Assembly (NCBI GenBank): GCA_002269645.1
Contig: NIVC01001851.1
Coordinates: forward strand, 28,746-81,730
Length of the DNA stretch: 52,985 bases
Source: Macrostomum lignano
Lineage: Eukaryota
Direction: 5' to 3'
The notes under the pieces are model-generated. The model ran no database searches. It was not told the DNA's origin and worked only from the letters and a program-made list of their open reading frames with translations. The position numbers and the translations under genes were made by a program. Position 1 is the stretch's first letter. The number at the start of each line of letters is the position of its first letter. Shown piece by piece: positions 10,221 through 21,600 of this stretch.

Positions 10221-12050
10221 AATTGAATAAACTACATCGAGCCTTTCCTCTTGTACCGTCACTTTTGTTAACTTTATTAACAAAATAATATTACCTATTA
10301 ACAATTTTTTTATTATTTTAAATAATTTATTATCATTATTGTTATTATTAATTAATAATTATTATTAAAAATTATTAACAAAATTATTTATATTAACAAA
10401 ATTTGGATTGTCTGGCTGGCCGCTCGATAATCCGGATTGCACTGAACCTGCGGCGCGCTCTCAGGCTGGGTAGAGCTGGTTTGCCGCGTGTCAGGGGTCC
10501 AGGCCAATCCTGATTGGCTGGTCGCGCAAAGCCGGGGTACATTGCAAAGTTGTCGACCCTCCCCTGAGCCAAACTGGTTTTGGAAATGCGTCTAGCTGTT
10601 TTGACCTGTTTCCAATAATAAACTCTACAAACAAAAAGCACTTTGAAAAACAGCCAAAAATAGAAGAAACAACAATTAATAATTGAGGACAATTAAAGGT
10701 AATTTACGTATGATGCTCAAATTACATCACTATCTCGGCGACCGGCATGCAGATCAATTTTCCTGCCCTGAGAGGCGATCCATATCAATAGCGAAGCAGT
10801 GTTTCGGCCCAAAGGTCAAGAGTCGTCTCCCCACAACAGAATACTGTGAGAGAAAATTGCGGTGCCCAAAGGCATGGCCATTGCTACGGATGTGCTGTAA
10901 AACCGCAGCAGCCTGGGCCCAGAAACAACGTGCTTCGAGTTCAATTCTTTGCTATCCGATGTGAGCAAAAGATGCAGGCACTACGCAAAATCCTATCTGT
11001 GATATACCATCTACTTATTGTTTCATTGTCGCCAAAATTTTAATTTTGCAAAAACCACTGGTTGTTTACCAGCACCCTTGTGGAGTTTGGGCATCAAAGC
11101 CTCCATAAGAGCCATGGCTTAACCTTAACTGTCCCTCCTTTGACTTACCTTTGGCTTGTCCAACAAACAACTTCCAATTTACCCTTAGCGTCTTTACAAC
11201 CCCCTCCCCTCGTTGAGCCACATCTCAGCAATCCCTCATGCACCTTGACCTTCCAGAAAATCCTACATGAGCCTCAACATTTCAGTTTCTCGGGGTCTGT
11301 CGCAGACTCGTGCATATACAGTATAATCTCTAAGCTAGGACTCTTTGTTACTACGAGCGTACTCTATCAAAAAGCAAAGATAAGAGAGCAAAGTAAATTA
11401 TGTTCGGCTAGCAGATATTTTGCTAGCAGATCTTGTACTCCTCATGGTTCATAGTAAAAATTGCTGAAATGCAGTGACTCATAAGGGAATTGCTGAGGTT
11501 TGAAGTATCATGGATGGATTTCTGAAATTATGGGGCTCATGAAAGATTGCCCTGATGCTTTTAGCCAAAGTTCGTACAAGAGATTTGATATCTTAGGCTA
11601 GACAGCTGTATTTCAGGGTTGATAATTTTAGCTTTAAGCAACATGTTTCATAATAAAGTTTAAAAGGGACTGTAAAAGAGGATAGGCTCGATGTAGTTTA
11701 TTCAATTACTTATTTTTTTTCTTGCCACTCACGATGAAATGAAAGTTGGTTTACTCTAGAGCCAACTTCGCACTGTCAATTTAAAACTAAAACACTCAGA
11801 ATTGCAAACGGAAAGTCACAACTTTTGTTGTCTACGGCAGTAAATATTTTACTTGCTCAGAATCCCCGTGTACAGTTACAGTGAGACGCATTTCAGTAAC
11901 ACAGAAAGGAGCTTTTGCCAAAGACAAACGAACCAAAGTCTTCAATATAAGTACGAAAGTCAAAGGGACCAGCTTAAGCGATACTTCATAGAGTTTTAGC
12001 TGTGAAAGAAAAGCGTAGCTTACACTTGAATAATCGCCTCACAAATCGAA

Positions 12051-12616
12051 ATGCTCTCCAACACTTATCCAAGATGCTGGAAGGTTCTGTCTGTCATTGC
12101 TCTCCTAATACTGGTGCATCAGATTGAGCTCAGCTGCTCGACAAGCCCCTGCATCAACCTGGACTTGGTGGTCGCAGTGGACACATCGTCTTCATGCTCT
12201 CAAACACAGTTCGACAGGCTGCTCTCAGAGGTGAAGGCCTTGGTCTCTAAATTTCCAATCGGTCCGACAAAAACTCGACTGGCTCTGATCGGCATGTCGC
12301 AGACTGCGCAGGTTCTCGCCAACTTCGACGACTTGATGTCTCTGTCGGACTTCAACTCCGCGGTCGACAGGCTGACGATGAGTTCCGAACGAGCCGTAAT
12401 CTCGAAGGGCATCAAGCTGGCTCGGGAGTCCGTGCTCAACAAGGCCAGGGCTGCTCCGACTCCAAGACTCTTAGCTCTGGTGAAGGACAGGCAGTGCGCT
12501 GAGAGAATAACGGGATCGAGCGACGCGGAACTGGCCTCGATTAAGTCGGAAGTCGCAGTCCTGAAGTTGACGGGAAACGCAGTGCACGCAATCGGAATCG
12601 GTGGATTGTGGAACAG
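12051..12616 (+). CDS. Exon 1: signal peptide plus VWA domain 1
   Basis: Hydrophobic N-terminus, DxSxS motif, AIGIG; donor GTGATT at 12617. Confidence 0.85.
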
Positions 12617-15600
12617 GTGATTAAATTTTATTGTTTTTTTCTTTAGCTCACACACAATTTGTTTTCATAGCTATATTATAGTTTCAGTTGATGCCTGAAC
12701 CCTAAAAGTCTTTTATAGCACAGTTTTATCATCCGTTAAAAAGCAACTTTTTTTAATAATGGTGCAGCCAGAAAGTTTATTTGAAGGATAAACCAACCCC
12801 ACCCACTGAGAGAAACGACGTCGAAACGACGTCGTCCCGCACAACGTGATGTTTTTACATCGCATGTATGTCGCAATGTCGTATTGATGCCGTATTCATT
12901 TTCATGTAGTATTCGTGCCGTGGCAGGCAATTTTTCTCTTTCATTCGTTGAATTAATTTTTCGTTTGAACACGAACAGTACTAACTTAAAGAGCGACAAA
13001 AAACGATAACAGCATGTCGTGGAATTCTTCGTAGCATTTAGAAGAGCATGAGATTGAAATCGCGCCAAGGCGTGTAAGAAAGTAAAGCAACAACTGTCTT
13101 TTAGCAACTGTCTATGGTTAAAACTGCGGTGATATCACTAGAAAACTAGAAGGGGTACGAAGAAAATAATTTATAAGTCCTCTTAAGTTTTTAGTCAGCT
13201 ACTGCTCAAAAACATACAATTATATTCAACGACATGACTGGTCGCCCTGCAGCACCTTCATTTAAAGTACCCCCTGGGCAAGTGCGTCCCGCACTGGAGC
13301 TGTGCAACATTAATTTCACAATGCGGGAGCTCGCTCGCCTTGGCGCGATTTCAATTTCATGCTTTTCTGAATGCTACGAAGGTTTCCACGACATGCTGTT
13401 ATCTTTTTTGTCGTTTTAAGTTAGTACTGTTCGTGTTCAAACGAAAAATATATTTTACGAACGAAAGAGGAAAATTGCCTCGTGGCCTTAAGTGCTATTT
13501 TAATCTATCTGCTGTTACTAAAGGTTGGTTGGAAGTTTCCTAAACCATAAAAGAAACTATCAAATACAAGTAGAATAGCTTGAAATATTTCTTTGCTAGA
13601 AAAAGATGGCTAAGGGCATCATTATTTCAACTTCACTCGAACTCAAAATTACATATAAAATGATAGACAAGCACACGATAGATAAATAATCAGCGGTCCC
13701 AGTGCGTGACAACGATTGTCTGGCGAGCAAGATTGTCCGCCGGTAGCGCGAGCCATAGACAATCGTTGTCACGCACTGCGACCGCTGATTCTTTGCATTG
13801 TTTTTCTGTTTGACGATCCTACAGACAATGCATTGTTTGTAGTATGGATTGTTCTGCATTAAAATGTGAATAATGATCGTCGAATTGCTAAACAATGAAC
13901 TTCTCTATGGGGAAATCACATAGAAAGTTGTAGAAAAACCGGTAAATTCCATTATTGTATAAGTATTAAAGTGAGTAAAGGAGTGTAGGTAAGATAGGCT
14001 AATCGTGTTTAAATATAATAGCACGCGACTAACCGCGGAAGATGAATTACGAAAATATAAAATTTATATAATTTTCCCAGCTGACAGAATTAAACATAAC
14101 AATGGTAAAAAGATAAAAATAGAGAAAAATAGACAGACAGGAGGCGAGAGGAGACAGAGAGGAAAAATTTTGGTAACAGTAACAGTGATATTAGTAAACT
14201 AACTGCATATAAAATGAGAGACTTAGATAACAGGGCACAATGAGATATTACCATAAGTATTATAGATTAGCTATGAACATATTGCACTGCAAAAGAAAAC
14301 AGTGGCGCAACCAGGGGGGGGCGGGAGCGGGGGGGGGGGCGGTCACCCCCCCCCCCTTAGGCGGAGATCCAAAAAAATCAAAGGGGGGACCAAACGAATA
14401 TTCGCCCAAAACAGAGCCACCCCTCCGCCCCCCCCCTCCCGGGACTTGATCCTCCAGAATCCGACCCCCCTCAAAAGTTTCTGGTTGCGCTACTGAAAGA
14501 AAAAGGAAAACTTTTTTTCGAAGACGGCTGTGAAGAAGGCGAAGAAAAAGCTCAGTTAATAAGACACGGCGAGCATTTTGTCAACTACACCTTTTTGCGT
14601 TCTATTTCGATAAAACTGCATTCAATTTCGGAAAACTGGCTTTCATTTTCGGCATCAGCTAATAGACCATAGCCCATAGACCTAATTGGTTGTCAACCAA
14701 GGTATTGCAGTGACGAAGACAGACTAGGAGAATCGGCAGCGGGTGACAGGTAAGGATGCTGCGGTTGATGACAGGATATTTACTATGAGAACTGGAGTAA
14801 CAGGTGGATCTTGCAAGTGGAAAACATCACATTGGAAAGTAATGCGGGCATGGCGACTGCAATGGCATGGACTTAAGGAGCATGGATTTGCGTGGTTGAA
14901 GAGGATCCAACATCTGTACTGTGATGCGAAGAGAACAATTAGAGGAGAGAAAGATTTGACCTGGAATAGTGTGGCACCTGGGCAGCTTGCAGTGCATTGC
15001 TATTGTTGCGTCACTGTTCCACTTCATTCCTTCTCGCAAGTCGCTGATTCGCATCTAGCAGGTACTGACCAATGCATGCCCCAATGGCTGCATCTGTCAT
15101 TTGAGTGCTGATATCATTTCTGAAAAAAGTGATATTTAAAAGGCCTGCCTGTATACCGCTATGAATTTTTCCCGCCAAATTTCTCTATTCTTTTCAAATT
15201 AGCATGTCAAAGAGTGTATGCTTTACAAATGTGACAGCTTAATATGTGGAAAAATTAATGTTTATTAAATAGATAGTGTCATTAGAAGAAGCAAACTACT
15301 TATCAATGATACCAATGACCAATGAACAATGACCAATAGATAGATGTTGATTTTTTTGCTGTCCTAGACGGGAAGGGGTGGTTGTCTATTTTATCGCCCT
15401 TACATGAGATGGCAGTAAGTATTGCATTGGCTAGCTAATTTTAAATATAAGAGCATTATGTATGAATACGAGCGTAGATACGAGCGTATAGTAGATGTTG
15501 ATCTAAGGGGATAGGCTATATTTTTGTCCTAAAAGCCCCGTAACGACAACTACTTCCGTAAGTGTCCTCCGCTCTCACAAACATCTATTGGATGTTGGGC

Positions 15601-18600
15601 ACTAAAGTACTTGGCGGGCCAGGGACCAGGGACTTGCACCCAGCATTTGTGCGAGCGTAGTTTTGGCACTCAAGTTGAACACCCATTTGTGGCTTAGTAC
15701 CTAGAATAGCTTATTTAAACTTAAATTCGATTGTATAAGTGGGTTGGATTACATCCTGACATAGTGGATAATATAACATGATGATTTAGCTCGCATCTTG
15801 TCGGCAAAATAAATTTTAGCCACGAACTGAAGGCCATTTTTGGAACCAACTACCTGCTCTTCAAGAACACAAACAAGGCTATGGAGTCCGCCAAGTCGCT
15901 AAACAATAAAGTTTGCCCGAAGCCAGCCTGCAAAAGCTCGGGTCGGACTGTGAAGCGTGAAACTTGCTTTGGAAAGTCGCAGCACGTATTAACGGTAAAC
16001 GTTGGTGGCGCTTTCACTTTATCTGGCATGGAAGTCTGCAGACAGCAGATTGCTAGATCATTTCAGTCTTGCGGTGAGTTACTCCATTTGCTGATTTCTT
16101 TCTCTCTGAGGGCTCAATTTTTACTCAAACGCAAAGACTTCTTGGGCCTTAGGGTTGGAAAAAATGAAAAGTTTTCTGATTTGCATAACATTCACAGTAT
16201 ACTTGTACGAGCGTAAATTGCAAATATGAATAGTTTAACATGTACTTGAAGTAGAAAGTAAACCAGCACACGAGGCACTACTAATAAAGGCGGATCATTA
16301 ACTGTCTTGTCATTTAGTTGGTCTATTAGTTAATTTATTGCGGTTCACGTATATTACAGTGCAATTTTGAAGACGCTTTTGCCCACAAAAGTACTTCTTG
16401 TGGTGATATTGTCAACAGATTTTTATGGAAAGAATGACTGGATAGGCAAGGACCCTAGAGGCAAGGATGAGGCCAGAACAGAGTGCCCCTAAGCCGAGGT
16501 ATCATCTAGGCCTGGAAGTGACTCTGGCCCAATATCGTTTGATCAACTAGATTGTCCGAGTTAACTGTGAAACTATGTGAACGAAATTCCGGGTCGAGGC
16601 AGCTTTAAAAACTGGACACTGCTTCGTAACAGCCGCTTGCTCTTTTGATGCTACGAAGTATAAACAGCTATTTTTAGGTACTGTTAGCACCAAAGTGTCC
16701 TGTGACAGCGTTGGCGCGGTAGGTGAAAACCCGCTAAAGAGTTGCGAGATAGAGGTGCTGAAGGCCGAGCTCCGTGTGCCTTGTGTACTCTCTTCCCGGA
16801 TCGTACCCGCTGAGCACGCTGCGTGGTTGTAACATCAGAATGTCATCTATCCACTGAACCAGCTACAAATAAGCACGTTTACTGTTCCGACTGGCTGCAC
16901 GCGCGAGAATCTCTTCCCGAGCGCTGTACACTGTAAATTGGAAGGGTCCGAAAAAGGGTCCAGGAAGGGTCCATATTAAAGGGTCCGGAGCGTCGATATA
17001 ACGGACCCTTAAAGGGTCCGTATTAAAAAAGGTCCGCATAGTAGGGTCCAAAATATGGTCCATAAGGGTCCATAATTAAGGGTCCAGAGCATCGAAATAA
17101 TGGACGTTTTAAGGGTCCCAAATAAAAATGGTCCCCAAAAGTGCAATTATTGGTTTACCTAAAAAGTTCCTGCAGTTGCAATTTTTATGGCTTTAAAAAT
17201 TAATAACCAATATGCAGCAAGTCAGTCAATTCCTTTTTTTGTTCCACTACTAAGTTTTTAAAACTTGTACATGCACTTAGCTGTATTTTGTATTTTAATA
17301 CATAGACTGTAGTATATTTATATTCATTTAAGTTTAGGATTATAAACAAAAAACGCAAGCACGCAAAAATAAAATGCAGCATGTTGCAGCACTGCAGCTA
17401 ATACAAATTATTATATACATAAAAATGGTTTGACTTGAGCCATGGATTATGGCTTAACAATGCAAAATTGCAAAATTTAAATAATCTTGATGTATATTCA
17501 CATAACCAAAGCAGCATTAATTACCAAATTAACAAACGACACTAAACAAAAGCTAAAAATTCTAAACAAAATATTGACACATTCAGTGCGTCTGGCGACG
17601 CCTTTTTAAACTCTCAATTCTTTGTTAGGTGTTTGAGAGGCGATTGTTTGGGTGGTAAGCTATAGCTTATCTATTAAATCTTTTCTTTTAAGTTCTCTAC
17701 TCCAAACTTTCCTTAGTTTTCTCTGACCACAGTCACCCTGCCCATTTACACAAGTCTTTTTGCTACTTGATTTTTAAACCCTTTAAATCATTCATGCAGT
17801 CCTATATGACCCCAAAAAGTTCATTGGATAATTCAATATACAAGTCCGCAAGCAATTTAATGAGTCTTTAAAAAACAATTTTAAAATACAAATCTACCAG
17901 AGTGTCAAGCAGAAGTACAGCAGGCCTCCTGGAAGCTCTTTTTCGAAGTCCATTCAGCCAGAACCTCCACTACTTCCGAAGGCCTCCAGAGTTGAAATGT
18001 GCTGGAAGTTAAAAGTGATGTACACAATGATTAAACTAAATTAAAACTTGCATATAAAATATCTAATATCTTTTGATTAAAAAGCTGATGTTCTAACAAT
18101 AATATATAATTTCTTCAAGATCTAAAATACCTTTATGACTATGACAACTACAAACAAAACAGGGAAATCACTCTATATTAAGAATTGTTCAAATAGTAAA
18201 AGATAGTCTTCAGCAAATTTTAATATTATTTCTTTAACTAACTCATACAACTGGCAGCCCACTGGTTTGATTTTTGCTCTGGGATTATAAAATTATTAGA
18301 CTTTAATTAAAATGAACAAACTTTCTATATAAGATTCTTTTGATAGGCCCTATTCTTATGGATATCTTCAACAGACTATTTATATTCTTGCACATTGACA
18401 TTGATCATAGTATGCTTAGTTTCTTGCCTTTGACCTAAAGCTGCAAACATTATTAGTGCCAATATTGGCAATAGGCCCTATTAGACCCTAATAGTTTCAA
18501 TACTGCAAGTATCCAGATGATTCTCAACTTCTTTAAACATTTTATTGTCATTATATTAGTAATACTGCTACCTAGTTCTAAATTTCTTAATAACACATTG

Positions 18601-21600
18601 TCACTACTGGCATTAGGAAAAGTAGACCCTAGGCCCTATTGTTTTTCTTATGTATATGATAGGCAGCCTATGCATGGGCTTGAAATTGAAGTCTGTCAAT
18701 ATAGTAAGTACTACTATAATAGAAACATCCCTCAACTGGACATAAAAAAACATTTACAACCAAAAGAATAATGAAGCTTAATATGACAAATAATCTCCAA
18801 AAAATCCTTATTAGAAAAAGCACTTACAGTACATCTAAATCCCTCAGTTCTAAATTACCTACAATCCCTTATAGTGGGCCTATAGCATTAGCAGCAGCAT
18901 TAAGACTATTTTTCATGTACTAAGGCCTAGCTAGGCGTAAACTAGTCAAGTAGCTAAGCCTAAATATCGCTTTCTTAATAAATTACAGTATTTACTGCAA
19001 AGTAAAAGTACTGAACTGAGATTGACCAAGAATGTACAAAATACAAAAATAAATAATGTACTTTTGCAACCTGTATCAATAAATATTATTATTAAACAGA
19101 ATAAGTAGAAAATATATATATAAAATATTTTCTTGAGAATATAAAGGAATAAAATGACTAGGCCTAATTAACCAATACAATTAACAAGAATTATATTACT
19201 GCACTCAGCTTTCACTGAGAACAAGGAGTGCGCCGGCCGGCCAGCTTACTTAAAAACAAACTTTAAACTGCGATTGACACTTTGATCAGTAAAAACTAAG
19301 ACTCAACAAAAACATAATAACAAACTTTCCTTTAATAAATTACCTAATCACAGGGATAAAATATTTCAATCGAAAAAACATCAATGTAAATGATTACTTT
19401 TTCAATAGGCACAATACCATAGTTATTAAGTAATATACTTTCGAAAATTACGAGTAATGTTTTTATATATTTTTTTCTAAGCTAAAGACAGATTAAGTTC
19501 GATTGCCGATAGTTAATTACAGTTTTAAAAGCGTATTATGGTTGCATTTCTTCTAAATAGAAGACAAAAATGTGTTTTTTAATATTTTAAGTAATTTATT
19601 TTTTGGACCTTTTCGGTGAAGGGTCCAAAGTATAAATACGGACCCTGTTCGGACCCTTCAGATTTACAGTGTACCGAAACTTATGGCCTAATGGCCTTGG
19701 TGGGCGACAGCCCTTGCCTAGGTTCACCCTCTCCCGACTTTCCACTATGGCGCTCTCCTGGCCCTCCAGTTTGGCCCTTGCCTAGGTTCACCCTCTCCCG
19801 ACTTTCCACTTTGGCGCTCTCCTGGCCCTCCAGTTTGGCCCTTGCCTAGGTTCACCCTCTCCCGACTTTCCACTTTGGCGCTCTCCTGGCCCTCCAGTTT
19901 GGCCCTTGCCTAGGTTCACCATCGATCGATTACAACTTTTACTGTCCGCCTGTTGTAAACTTTATCTCTGCAATAACTCACGCGGACTCCACTGGTTGAG
20001 TAAGTTAGAACTTCTCGAGAAAAACTTGAGCGACTGCTAGTTAGCGCACGCGTATATATATTTAATAGGCACGACGTACATTAGTACACACGATACACGT
20101 ACACGCGAGGAAGAACAATTAATAATGTGCATATACGAGCTACTTAAGCAAAGTCAACGTGCCCACGCAACCCTACACCCCCAAGCAACCTCAGATCAGT
20201 CCAGTGGCACTTTGCCACAATCTTAAGTGTTAGTTTATTCTTAGTCACGAGCTAATTTGTCCCACTGCTTGGACACCTGTGGTCTGATGAAACTCAATTT
20301 AAAGAAGCACTGGTTAAAATTTTACGGTAACGTGCTTATTTTGCGTAGCTGCTATTTAGAAGCTCTTAACAGTCGACCACTGGTTATAAATCACTAGTAA
20401 AACATTGCTTTTCAAGGTGGGATGAGAGAAGAAAGCTACGGGGTCAGGTCAGTCCATAACAGAAAGCAGCATGCATTTGTTTTTTTTTACCTCGGGATAA
20501 AACATAGAACACGAGCGTACAGTAGTGTAGTAATGAGTTGAAACTCATTTGGCCCTAAACTACGGCGAGATGTAGCGAATGTAAAGTTTACAGCGTTAGG
20601 CTGATGTCCTAGCGAATATTCTTGATCTGCGAATAATCCCGAGAAACACGTTGCTAGGATATGCAACACCTGATATTACTTGCTAACTCTTTAAATTGCA
20701 CTACGCTCGTAATGCTTCCAGTAAGCTCACAACGAAATTCATTCTTCACTAAGACTGCTCCAAAACCAGGTAAAAACATTATCTAAACATTTGCCGTTTC
20801 CAGTCGAGAAGCAGTCCTGCAGCAAGATAGAGCGTACAGTACAGTACTAGCGTACAGTACTTTTAAAACACCACAGCGCCCTGTGACAGCCCACACAGTA
20901 CCGCTGCCCTCACGGTGCCCCTAAATTCACGCCCCCACCCTAATCTTGCGGTGTTCCCACCCACACAGCGCACCTACCTCAACTATACCATACCAAACCA
21001 CTAATTGCATATCTACTTTCACTTTCATCTATTTACAATCATTGATGTTCAAATAAAGTCATATATATAATCAATTTATATACAATAAGGCAACACTGGA
21101 GTAAAGTACACCAGCAAACACTTGCAGCCGAGAAACATTCCTGCTACAAGATGGAGCGAAGCATTGGCTCATGCCAAGCTGACGGCAATTCGGAAATCGT
21201 TGAGACGCTGCAGTTTCTCGACCGAAAGAAACAGTCGTGCGTGACATATGAGGAGAAGCACAAAGTGAATTGTTGTGAGTTTCCTGTTCTTCCAATTAAT
21301 GCCAGTCAGTCAGTCAGTCAGTCACTCATTCGTCAATTAGCCAGTCAGTCAGTCAGTCAGTCAGTCAGTCAGTCAGTCAGTCAGTCAGTCAGTCAGTCAG
21401 TCAGTCAGTCAGTCAGTCAGTCAGTCAGTCAGTCAGTCAGTCAGTCAGTCAGTCAGTCAGTCAGTCAGTCAGTCAGTCAGTCAGTCAGTCAGTCAGTCAG
21501 TCAGTCAGTCAGTCAGTCAGTCAGTCAGTCAGTCAGTCAGTCAGCCACTCACTCACTCAAGTCAGTCAGTCAGTCAGTCAGTCAGTCAGTCAGTCAGTCA

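Noticed and set aside
9163-10288. Plus-strand ORFs of 165, 142 and 178 aa
   Set aside because: They are antisense shadows of the GC-rich Gypsy gag-pol.
10393-10700. Promoter with a palindromic double CCAAT (gccaatcctgattggc)
   Set aside because: No TATA box or downstream gene is evident; it looks like an unassigned repeat fragment.
12200-12655. 151-aa minus-strand ORF
   Set aside because: It is an antisense shadow of VWA exon 1.
14743-15111. 122-aa ORF in VWA intron 1 as an additional exon
   Set aside because: It has no recognisable domain or good splice sites, and exons 1 and 2 already join in frame to complete the VWA fold.
20270-20310. Hammerhead ribozyme core (CTGATGA)
   Set aside because: No compatible flanking stems or correctly placed GAAA were found.
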